Positions 17,275 through 25,154 of a DNA stretch of 32,000 bases are shown piece by piece. The notes under the pieces are model-generated. The model searched no databases. It worked only from the letters and a program-made list of their open reading frames with translations, and had not been told where the DNA came from. The position numbers and the translations under genes were made by a program. Origin of the DNA: Faecalibaculum rodentium (GTDB taxonomy: Bacteria > Bacillota_I > Bacilli_A > Erysipelotrichales > Erysipelotrichaceae); assembly GCF_001564455.1 (NCBI RefSeq), contig NZ_CP011391.1, positions 930,001-962,000 on the forward strand, given 5' to 3'. Every line of letters begins with the position of its first letter. Within the stretch, counting starts at the first letter, position 1.

Positions 17275-18720
17275 ATGAAACTGCTGAAAAACTGGAACCT
17301 GCCGGATCTGCGGGAAGCCGGAAAACGCACAAGAGGAGCCGTGGAGCGGGTGGATACCTTCATGATTCCGGCAAATGCCGTGAACATGGGAGAAGGGAAA
17401 CATTACTGGATCTCCACCTATGGCTGCCAGGCCAATGAACGGGATTCAGAGACGCTGGCAGGCATTCTGGAAACCCTGGGATATGGCCAGGCAGAAAGTC
17501 CTGAGACCGCTGACGTGATTCTGGTGAATACCTGTGCCATCCGGGAAAATGCCATGGACAAAGTGCTGGGAGAGCTTGGCAGCTTCAAGCGTATATACAA
17601 TGCCCGTCCGGATGTGATCATTGGCGTGGCAGGGTGCATGGCACAGGAAGACGAATTTGTAAAACGGGTCCTGGCCCATTACCCCTGGGTTCGGCTGCTG
17701 TTTGGCACCCACAACATCCAGGATCTCCCGGCTCTGCTGGCGGAGGCCATGGACAGCCAGGAGCGGGTCGTGCACATTTACTCCCGGCAGGGAGAGGTCT
17801 ATGAAAACCTCCCGGTGAAACGGTTCGGGAAGCACAAGGCCTGGGTCAACATCATGTATGGCTGTGACAAGTTCTGTACCTACTGCATTGTGCCGTATAC
17901 CAGGGGAAAACAGCGCTCGCGTCGCATGGATGACATTCTGGAGGAAGTGCGTCAGCTGAAGGAAGACGGCTATCGTGAAGTCACGCTCCTGGGACAGAAT
18001 GTCAATGCTTACGGAAAGGACCTGGACGAAGGCCTGGATTTTGCCCGGCTGCTGGAGAAAACAGCGCAGACCGGAATCGAACGCATCCGCTTCATGACCA
18101 GCCACCCCTGGGACTTCACTCAGGAGATGATCGATGTCATTGCGCGGTATGACAACATTATGCCGTACATACACCTGCCCCTGCAGTCCGGAGATTCAGA
18201 TGTGCTCCGGCGCATGGGAAGACGGTATTCCGCAGAAGAATACAAGGGACTGTTTGATGCCATCGTTAAGCGGATCCCGAACGTGGCCGTGAGCACCGAC
18301 ATCATTGTCGGATTTCCGAATGAAAGCGACGAAGCCTTCCAGCACACGCTGGATATGGTCAAGGCATGCCGGTTTGATTCAGCATTCACATTTATTTATT
18401 CACCCCGGCCGGGGACTCCGGCGGCGGAGATGGAAGACCCGGTCTCCATGGATGTCAAGAGGGCACGACTCCAGGAACTGAACAGTGTGTGGAATGAACT
18501 CGCCCTGGAGAAAATGAAAGCCTATGAAGGCCGGATCGTGCAGGTGCTGGTGGACGGTCCAAGCAAGCGGAATCCGGGTGTCCTGTCGGGGTATACCGAG
18601 ACAAACAAGCTCGTCAACTTCACCGGAACGGGTGTCAAAGCCGGAGACATTGTCCCGGTATACATCACCGCAGCCAAGACATTCTCGCTGGACGGAGAGA
18701 TGGCAGGCCCGACACGCTGA
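17275..18720 (+). CDS. miaB: tRNA-2-methylthio-N6-dimethylallyladenosine synthase MiaB (radical SAM methylthiotransferase)
   Basis: ATG 17275 follows GGAAGGTGAG; the alternative start is ATG 17260. The Firmicute-type N-terminus is FMIPANAVNMGEGKHYWISTYGCQANERDSE. Also present are the UPF0004 Cys triad, the radical-SAM motif CDKFCTYC and a C-terminal TRAM domain. Confidence 0.9.
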   Translation: MKLLKNWNLPDLREAGKRTRGAVERVDTFMIPANAVNMGEGKHYWISTYGCQANERDSETLAGILETLGYGQAESPETADVILVNTCAIRENAMDKVLGELGSFKRIYNARPDVIIGVAGCMAQEDEFVKRVLAHYPWVRLLFGTHNIQDLPALLAEAMDSQERVVHIYSRQGEVYENLPVKRFGKHKAWVNIMYGCDKFCTYCIVPYTRGKQRSRRMDDILEEVRQLKEDGYREVTLLGQNVNAYGKDLDEGLDFARLLEKTAQTGIERIRFMTSHPWDFTQEMIDVIARYDNIMPYIHLPLQSGDSDVLRRMGRRYSAEEYKGLFDAIVKRIPNVAVSTDIIVGFPNESDEAFQHTLDMVKACRFDSAFTFIYSPRPGTPAAEMEDPVSMDVKRARLQELNSVWNELALEKMKAYEGRIVQVLVDGPSKRNPGVLSGYTETNKLVNFTGTGVKAGDIVPVYITAAKTFSLDGEMAGPTR

Positions 18721-18817
18721 CCGAACCGCTTCACTGGACAGCGGGTTTCAGTCTGCAGGCCGGAACCGGCATGGAAATGGTTTATAATAATAGGAAAGTA
18801 TCAACAGGAGGGCTGTA

Positions 18818-20521
18818 ATGCCGAACAAGAATAATACTGCAAAGTCCGTCAAAAAGGACGCCACCGTGAAAATCATGGCGCTGGGCGGCCTTGACGAAGA
18901 CGGAAAGAACATGCTGGTGGTGGAAGCCGGCGAAGACATTTACATTATCGAGGCGGGATTGAAGTTCCCGGACGCCAGTCAGTCCCTGGGCATTGAATAC
19001 ATCATCCAGGACTTCAGCTGGTTCCAGGACAAGAAAGACAGGGTAAAGGCAATTTTCATCACCCATGGTCATGATGATGTCATGGGGGCGCTGCCCCATC
19101 TGCTCAGACAGGTGCGGGCCGATATCTACACAGCCCCACTTGCTGCCCGGGAAATCTCCCGGATGCTGAAGAAGGAGAAGATTTCCGGTGTGAAGATCCA
19201 CAAGATCAACCGCCACGATTCCAAGCGCATCAGCGGCCGGAAAATCAGTTTCTTCCCCGTAACCCAGTCGTATCCCGGTGCCTATGGTCTGGCCATCTCC
19301 ACAAGCCAGGGATATGTCGTATATTCCGGTGAATTTGTGGAAAATTTCGATGACCTGGATGACCACTTCCGGGGAAACATCACGATCTGTTCCAAACTGG
19401 GGCAGGAAGGTGTACTGGTGCTCATGCAGGAATCCAAGGGAGCGGAACGTTCGGGAAACACAAGCCCGCGTCACCGCATCCTTCCGATCCTGGAAGACAC
19501 CTTCACGCAGTATCCCGACCGCCACATTTTCATCAGTGTCTACACACAGTCTGTCTACCAGATCCAGGAAGTCATGGCTGCGTGCCGCGAGGCAAACCGG
19601 CCGCTGGTGCTGTATGACAAGGAACTGAGGCGTCTGGTGGACGGTCTGGAAGAAATCGGCATCGACATTCCAAGGCATCTGATCATTCCCGTGGACAGGA
19701 CCCGGGATCATGACAATACCGTGATCCTGATTTCGGGGCAGGGCACGCCGCTGTTCAAGCAGCTGTCCAATATCGCCAACAATGAAGTGGACGATGTCCA
19801 GTTCTCTCAGGACGATGTGATCGTCATTGCTTCTCCGGTGGTGCCGGGTGTGGAGACGGTCTACAAGTCCATGGAAAACGACATCTACAAACGCGGCGGG
19901 ATCCTGAAGGTGATCGACCACAAAAAGGTGCTGTCGATGCATGCTTCGAAGGAAGACCTGAAAATGATGATTTTCATGTGTCGTCCGAAGTACTACCTGC
20001 CGGTGAAGGGCGAGTACCGCATGCTGTGTGCCAATGCCATGATCGCGGAGGAAATGGGCATCGATCCGGATCACATCCGGATCCTGGACAACGGCCAGAT
20101 GGCGGTCTTCGAAGACGGAGAGCTGGTCTCCTGCAAGATGGAGGCCGAACTTCACGACACTATGATCGACGGGAAGGAAAACTGGGATATGGCCGGCGTG
20201 GTCCTGAAGGACCGGGAAATCCTCTCCACAGACGGTGTCATGGTTCTGGCCATCGGCCTGGATGCCAAAACCAAGAAAATCGTCAACGGACCCGACATAC
20301 AGACCAGGGGATTCATCTACCTTCGGGATTCTGAATACATCACGGCGGAATGCACGAAGATCATGGAAGACATCATCCGGGAAAATGTGGAGCAGAAGAA
20401 GTATGAAAACCTGGAAACCCGCTCCCAGATCCGGGACAAAGTCTCCAAGTATCTCTTCAAGACCACCGGAAAACGGCCCATGGTCCTGCCTGTGATCCTG
20501 GAAATCGGGCAGAGGCAGTAG
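18818..20521 (+). CDS. Ribonuclease J family protein (metallo-beta-lactamase/beta-CASP) with degenerate catalytic motifs, RNase J2-like
   Basis: RBS AGGAGGG lies upstream. It is collinear with my recollection of B. subtilis RNase J1 along its whole length (ALGGL..GKN, AGLKFP, ITHGH.D, PKYYLPVKGEYRM, GFIYLRDS, RPMVLPVILE). However, motif II reads HGHDDV instead of HGHEDH, and further ligand positions differ (see findings). Confidence 0.85.
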   Translation: MPNKNNTAKSVKKDATVKIMALGGLDEDGKNMLVVEAGEDIYIIEAGLKFPDASQSLGIEYIIQDFSWFQDKKDRVKAIFITHGHDDVMGALPHLLRQVRADIYTAPLAAREISRMLKKEKISGVKIHKINRHDSKRISGRKISFFPVTQSYPGAYGLAISTSQGYVVYSGEFVENFDDLDDHFRGNITICSKLGQEGVLVLMQESKGAERSGNTSPRHRILPILEDTFTQYPDRHIFISVYTQSVYQIQEVMAACREANRPLVLYDKELRRLVDGLEEIGIDIPRHLIIPVDRTRDHDNTVILISGQGTPLFKQLSNIANNEVDDVQFSQDDVIVIASPVVPGVETVYKSMENDIYKRGGILKVIDHKKVLSMHASKEDLKMMIFMCRPKYYLPVKGEYRMLCANAMIAEEMGIDPDHIRILDNGQMAVFEDGELVSCKMEAELHDTMIDGKENWDMAGVVLKDREILSTDGVMVLAIGLDAKTKKIVNGPDIQTRGFIYLRDSEYITAECTKIMEDIIRENVEQKKYENLETRSQIRDKVSKYLFKTTGKRPMVLPVILEIGQRQ

Positions 20522-23182
20522 TTGGCGGCGAAAAAGAAACCGGCTGCCGCAAACCGGAAACGGAAGTCAGCTTCCGGCACCAGCCGCAAACCCGCTGGCA
20601 GCAGGCGCTCTGCAGCCTCAAAAACCACCGCAAAGAAACAGACATCGGGAAGCGCATCCATGATCCGCTCCCCTTTGTTCCGTCTGGGGATTCTTGCAGT
20701 GGTCATGGCTGTTTCCGTGATGGCGCTGTTTCATCTTGGCAGGGCCGGAACCCTTCTGTTCCAGGCAGGTGTCTGGTGTTCCGGCCAGCTGTCCTGGGTG
20801 CTCTGGACTGCCGGGATCGTGCTTCCGGGCTGGCTGTTCTGGACCGGCCACCGGGATCCCATGCCCCGCCGCTTCTGGATCGGACTTGGCTGTCTTGCCT
20901 CGGGACTCGCCCTGTTTTTCACGGCGCTGTCGGTACAGGATGCACGGATGGTGTGGCAGCCACTGCAGGTACTGTTCCAGACTGGCGGCGCCATTCTGCA
21001 GGGAACTGCATCCAGCGCCGGGGGTCTTCTCGGATCCCTGCTGTACGGCCTGAGCGCCGGTCTGTTTTCGCGGACAGGGGCTTTTGTCGCATCTGCCCTG
21101 CTTGTGTTTCTGTCTGCGATCCCCCTGCTGTATGATCCGCCGGAGAAACTGAAGGGAAGTCTGGAAAAACGCCGGAGTCAGCGTGCGGCGTTTCGGGCAG
21201 CGATGGCAGAAGATGCGACACTGGCGGATCCCGGCCGGACTGTGCCGTGGCAGGAAGACACTGACGATGGGATGCGGGCCCGGCCGGGAAGTCTGGATGG
21301 CCGCCGTCCCCGTCGCCGTGGGATGCTGGGCATGCTGTCTGTGGATGATGTCCAGTCCGGTCGTGGCAGCCGGACAGAGACGGAGCAGAAAGCTGCCGGA
21401 AAGAAGCGGACGCTCTCTGTACCGATCGTGGAAGCTGGCAGAATGCTGGATGTGATCGATGACCAGGAACCGCAGCTGTATACCGGTATAGACATCCGGG
21501 CGGAAGATGTCGCAGCCGGAAGCGGCAGCCCGCAGGACAGTGTATCAGCCCGGAAGGAAGAGGTCCGTTCGGGCAGGAAGAAAGCGGAAGTTTCCCGTGT
21601 CAGGGAAGCGGTGAGTGCCCCAAAACCGGCTGGTGAAAAAACTGAGGAGAAGAAACCGAGTCCAGTCCGGACCGTGGCACGGGGAAAGGAAGAGACTGCA
21701 TCCCCTTCGCAACTGCCGGATGGGGCAGCAGGGTATGCAGGGTACACGATCCCGAAACTTTCCCTTCTGGATCCGGTTGCGCGGCGCGGAAAGGGCAGTG
21801 CAAACCGGTCCTATGCACGGGAACAGGGAGAAAAGCTGATCCGCATCCTTCGGGAATTCAATGTGGAGGCCTCTTTGACGGCCATCCACATCGGTCCTTC
21901 CGTCACAAGGTTCGAAGTCCGGCCGGATATGGGGGTGCGGGTTTCCCGGATCTCCAATCTCCAGAATGACATCCAGATGGCGCTGGGCGCCACAGACATC
22001 CGCATTGAAGCCCCTATTCCCGGCAAGTCAGCCGTGGGCATTGAGATTCCCAACGCGGAGAAGACAGCCGTGCAGATGAAGGAACTTATGGCGGCTGTTC
22101 CGGAAGATCTCAAGGGTCAGAAACTGCTGTTCGCGCTGGGAAAGGACCTGCAGGGAGACAACATCTTTGGGCGGCTGGACCGCATGCCTCATCTGCTGAT
22201 AGCCGGCGCCACGGGATCCGGCAAGTCCGTCTGCGTGAATTCCATCATCTGCAGCCTGCTGATGAGGACACAGCCCGATGATGTCAAGCTGATCCTGGTG
22301 GATCCGAAAAAGGTGGAATTTACCCCGTATGCAGAGGTGCCGCATCTGCTGGCACCTGTGATCACAGACTCTGAACTGGCCAACAAGGCCCTGAAAGTGG
22401 TTGTGGAAATGATGGATCACCGCTATGACCTCTTCGGGCTGTGCGGTGTGCGCAACATAACGGCCTACAATGCCTACCTGGAAACCCATCCGGAGGAACA
22501 CCTCAAGCCGCTGCCAAGGATCGTGGTGATCATAGACGAGCTGGCGGACCTGATGCTGGCCGGGGCCAAGGAAGTGGAGCAGAGCATCCAGCGCATCACG
22601 CAGCTGGCACGGGCTGCGGGCATTCACCTGATCGTGGCCACACAGCGGCCGAGCGTGGATGTGATCACGGGCGTCATCAAGGCCAATATCCCGAGCCGCA
22701 TCGCCTTTGCGGTCTCGAGTGCGGTGGATTCCCGGACGATCCTGGACCAGACCGGTGCAGAACGGCTGCTCGGGTACGGCGACATGCTGTACCTGCCCAA
22801 TGGCGAGACCAGCGCCACCCGGGTGCAGGGTGTGTTCATCAAAGATGAAGAGGTCAACCGGGTCTCCGACTACGTGAAGACCCAGGGCAGGCCGCAGTAT
22901 GACGATGCCTTCATCACCCTCAGGGATCTGCAGTCCCAGGGCGGCCAGGTGTCTCCGGAAGCGGCAGATCCGCTGTACAATGATGTGAAGCGGTTTGTGG
23001 TCCAGACCCGCAAGGCCAGCACATCGCTGATCCAGAGACGGTTTTCCATCGGCTATGCTAGAGCGGCCAGACTGATGGACGTGCTGGAGGTCAACGGGAT
23101 CATCGGCCCGTCCAGGGGTTCGAAACCCAGGGAAGTGCTGGTGGAACAGAATACAGAAGACAGCAAAGGCCCGGATGCATGA
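20522..23182 (+). CDS. ftsK: DNA translocase FtsK/SpoIIIE
   Basis: TTG start lies directly after the RNase J TAG stop. It has a basic N-terminus, four or more TM helices, a ~200-aa charged Pro/Arg/Glu-rich linker, and a motor domain with Walker A GATGSGKS and Walker B IVVIIDELADL. The C-terminal gamma winged helix is SLIQRRFSIGYARAARLMDVLE. Confidence 0.9.
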   Translation: MAAKKKPAAANRKRKSASGTSRKPAGSRRSAASKTTAKKQTSGSASMIRSPLFRLGILAVVMAVSVMALFHLGRAGTLLFQAGVWCSGQLSWVLWTAGIVLPGWLFWTGHRDPMPRRFWIGLGCLASGLALFFTALSVQDARMVWQPLQVLFQTGGAILQGTASSAGGLLGSLLYGLSAGLFSRTGAFVASALLVFLSAIPLLYDPPEKLKGSLEKRRSQRAAFRAAMAEDATLADPGRTVPWQEDTDDGMRARPGSLDGRRPRRRGMLGMLSVDDVQSGRGSRTETEQKAAGKKRTLSVPIVEAGRMLDVIDDQEPQLYTGIDIRAEDVAAGSGSPQDSVSARKEEVRSGRKKAEVSRVREAVSAPKPAGEKTEEKKPSPVRTVARGKEETASPSQLPDGAAGYAGYTIPKLSLLDPVARRGKGSANRSYAREQGEKLIRILREFNVEASLTAIHIGPSVTRFEVRPDMGVRVSRISNLQNDIQMALGATDIRIEAPIPGKSAVGIEIPNAEKTAVQMKELMAAVPEDLKGQKLLFALGKDLQGDNIFGRLDRMPHLLIAGATGSGKSVCVNSIICSLLMRTQPDDVKLILVDPKKVEFTPYAEVPHLLAPVITDSELANKALKVVVEMMDHRYDLFGLCGVRNITAYNAYLETHPEEHLKPLPRIVVIIDELADLMLAGAKEVEQSIQRITQLARAAGIHLIVATQRPSVDVITGVIKANIPSRIAFAVSSAVDSRTILDQTGAERLLGYGDMLYLPNGETSATRVQGVFIKDEEVNRVSDYVKTQGRPQYDDAFITLRDLQSQGGQVSPEAADPLYNDVKRFVVQTRKASTSLIQRRFSIGYARAARLMDVLEVNGIIGPSRGSKPREVLVEQNTEDSKGPDA

Positions 23183-23193
23183 TCCGGGCTTTT
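23169..23193 (+). terminator. Intrinsic terminator overlapping the ftsK stop codon
   Basis: GCCCGGAT-gcatg-ATCCGGGC (8-bp perfect stem) followed by TTTT. Confidence 0.6.
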
Positions 23194-23359
23194 CGATTGA
23201 TTATGGACAGGAGGTTTTGGGGCACAACCGGGTCTCCGGGCGTGCAGGAAGCCGGCGATCCGGAATTGTGATACAGTATTAATTACGAACGGAGGCAATT
23301 CGTTTTTTTGTACAAACCGGCGTTAATGGTCCGACCATTACATCCAACCGGTAAAAAGG

Positions 23360-23388
23360 GTGAAAAAAACCTGAATCACTGACATAAT
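23360..23388 (+). promoter_or_regulatory. Candidate promoter for the Rid-family gene
   Basis: GTGAAA (4/6 match), 17-nt spacer, CATAAT (23383-23388), 27 nt upstream of ATG 23416. Confidence 0.3.
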
Positions 23389-23415
23389 GGAACAAAAGAT
23401 TGAGGCTTTGACTGT

Positions 23416-23826
23416 ATGAATATGTTTTTGAAAGTCGGGGATTCCATACCCCGGGACGAATGTATTTCCAACGTGGTGCAGATGGGCGATTTCGTGTACA
23501 TGAGTGCACAGACCGGGCGGGGCATTACGTTCCAGGAGCAGGCTGTGACCGCCTGCTATCGTGTCATGGATGTCCTGAAGGACCTGGATCTGAGAATGGA
23601 TCATCTGGTGAAGTATACCGTGTATCTCACGGATATGGAAAACCGGGATATGTTTCTTGGCGTCTTCAAGAATTTTGTGGAAGCACCGTATCCGGCGGTG
23701 ACCATTGTGCAGGTGGCAGGGCTGGAGAATGACTCCATGGTTGCCATTGAAGGCCAGGGAGTCAACACGCTGCGTCATGAACGGGCCATGAACGGGTCCT
23801 CCGGCTGTGTGGACTGTGAAAGCTGA
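23416..23826 (+). CDS. YjgF/YER057c/UK114 (Rid) family protein lacking the RidA catalytic arginine
   Basis: 136 aa with the Rid-fold pattern (VYMSAQTG..., VKYTVYLTDMENRDMFLGVFKNF, PAVTIVQVAGL...VAIEG). The position of the conserved Arg in the PAR(S/T)xVxV motif is Val95 (GTG 23698-23700). Confidence 0.8.
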   Translation: MNMFLKVGDSIPRDECISNVVQMGDFVYMSAQTGRGITFQEQAVTACYRVMDVLKDLDLRMDHLVKYTVYLTDMENRDMFLGVFKNFVEAPYPAVTIVQVAGLENDSMVAIEGQGVNTLRHERAMNGSSGCVDCES

Positions 23827-23856
23827 ACCGGCAGACATCAGCAGAAAAGGGAATGC

Positions 23857-23885
23857 AAAACAGGACCCGAAACGGGTCCTGTTTT
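23857..23885. terminator. Bidirectional intrinsic terminator between convergent genes
   Basis: AAAACAGGACCCG-aaa-CGGGTCCTGTTTT, a 13-bp perfect stem with A/T runs on both sides. It serves the Rid gene on + and the plsY/ComK-like genes on -, and overlaps the stop of the minus-strand ORF. Confidence 0.8.
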
Positions 23886-24231
23886 ACGTCCATGGGTGAT
23901 TGGGACTGTGGATGATGCGCAGAAACGTCCGGATGTTCCGGGACGTTTTGGCCGGGATCCTGTCCGGATCGCTCACCCAGTTGACCCATACGCCATCCAG
24001 GTCTCCGGCTGCCGACAGCGGCACCAGGATCGTATGATCATCCACATACACCGGGAGTTTCTGTTTCTGCCCTGTAAGTTTCCGGAAGGCTGTCTGCCGG
24101 CCCTGCATGGTGGAACCCTGCAGGATGCAGCGACGGTCGATCCAGTGCGCAATGCTGATGGCCGGGAAACGATGCGTGTCATTCACCACCACCTGCCGGT
24201 CCTGATAGCGCAGGGTGCGGATCAGAGCCAC
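23884..24231 (-). CDS. Short ComK-family-like protein (115 aa; possible remnant)
   Basis: The core WIDRRCILQGSTMQGRQTAFRKLTGQKQKLPVYVDDHTILVPLSAAGDLDGVWVNW aligns by eye with the B. subtilis ComK segment IVDRSCRFFGSSYAGRKAGTYEVTKISHKPPIMVDPSNQIFLFPTLSSTRPQCGWISH. The start overlaps the plsY stop by 10 nt. It is only ~60% of normal ComK length. Confidence 0.5.
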   Translation of the reverse strand: MALIRTLRYQDRQVVVNDTHRFPAISIAHWIDRRCILQGSTMQGRQTAFRKLTGQKQKLPVYVDDHTILVPLSAAGDLDGVWVNWVSDPDRIPAKTSRNIRTFLRIIHSPNHPWT

Positions 24232-24836
24232 GTGACTGCTGTTTCGCTGCCTTCACGTACGCGCTGGATGTTGGCCCAGTGACGCCAGATCACGAGGATG
24301 CTCATGAGCCAGGAAGCCGTGATGATCATGATGCTCTGCGCATTCATGTCCCAGCAGAGCACGGTGATGAGCAGACTGGAACAGAGGATTGCAGCAATGC
24401 TGGCAACCGAAACGAATTTGTACAGCCACAGCATGATCAGGAACATGACGAGGGGTGCAAAGAAGAACCAGGGATCCCGGAACACAAACGCAGAGATCCC
24501 CACGAGGAAGCCGAAGGCTGTGGCAACGGCTTTGCCGCCCCGAAAGTGTGCGAACAGCGGGAAGCAGTGGCCGACACAGCATGCAAGACCGGTCCAGATC
24601 GCTGCTGCGGCAGATACATGGGATGCGATCCACATGGCCAGAACCACCTTCAGAATATCCAGGAGAATGACCGCAGCGCCGGCTTTGGACCCGAGCACAC
24701 GTCCTGTATTGGATCCGCCCAGATTTCCGGATCCATGCTGACGGACATCCGTCTTGTAGAAAACCTTGCCGATCACCAGGGCGAAAGGGATAGACCCCAG
24801 TACATATCCGAGTATGATGCATAAAGCTGTATACAT
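24222..24836 (-). CDS. plsY: Glycerol-3-phosphate acyltransferase PlsY (acyl-phosphate dependent)
   Basis: ATG at 24836 follows GGGGAGGTGA. The N-terminus is MYTALCIILGYVLGSIPFALVIGK and the signature motifs are HGSGNLGGSNTGRVLG and GGKAVAT. The track ORF extends 32 codons too far upstream. Confidence 0.95.
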   Translation of the reverse strand: MYTALCIILGYVLGSIPFALVIGKVFYKTDVRQHGSGNLGGSNTGRVLGSKAGAAVILLDILKVVLAMWIASHVSAAAAIWTGLACCVGHCFPLFAHFRGGKAVATAFGFLVGISAFVFRDPWFFFAPLVMFLIMLWLYKFVSVASIAAILCSSLLITVLCWDMNAQSIMIITASWLMSILVIWRHWANIQRVREGSETAVTWL

Positions 24837-24853
24837 GATTTCACCTCCCCAGT

Positions 24854-24883
24854 ATTTTACCACCTGAATTCCATCTGCGTCAG
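24854..24883 (-). promoter_or_regulatory. Candidate plsY promoter (extended -10)
   Basis: Minus strand: CTGACG, 18-nt spacer, TGgTAAAAT, ending about 17 nt upstream of the ATG. This implies a very short leader. Confidence 0.3.
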
Positions 24884-25021
24884 AAGCAGCCAAAGGTAGT
24901 CTGTTATGAGCCCATTGGCAACCGGGTTTCAACGCGATGATGTGCAGGTAAGAAACTGCTCCTGATTGGACTGCGTTTCAGCACACTGCTTCCCGAATTC
25001 ACGAATTGTGAAGACTGGGCT

Positions 25022-25050
25022 TTGAATTTTCGGGACAGCGCATATATAAT
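25022..25050 (+). promoter_or_regulatory. Sigma-A promoter for parE-parC
   Basis: TTGAAT (25022-25027), 17-nt spacer, TATAAT (25045-25050). This leaves a ~100-nt GC-rich leader before ATG 25155. Confidence 0.55.
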
Positions 25051-25154
25051 GTACAAACGTGCGGGTCTGGCCATGACCGATGTTTCCGGATGCAGGCGCC
25101 AAAGGCGCAGCAGACTGCGGAGACAGACCCGTCTGCGACGAGGGGGAAACCGCC

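Noticed and set aside
18782-20155. 457-aa ORF antisense to the RNase J gene
   Set aside because: Same reasoning as above. The sense frame has full-length RNase J collinearity, while the antisense product has no domain signatures or RBS.
23203-23271. 22-codon ORF (MDRRFWGTTGSPGVQEAGDPEL) in the ftsK-rid spacer
   Set aside because: There is no Shine-Dalgarno sequence and no recognisable peptide family. It is indistinguishable from chance.
25041-25058. ATATATAATGTACAAAC resembles the central and XerD-arm part of the Firmicute dif site (..TATATATTATGTAAACT), next to the topoisomerase IV genes
   Set aside because: The left (XerC) arm shows no similarity and the right arm needs an indel. The sequence is fully explained as the -10 region of the parE promoter.
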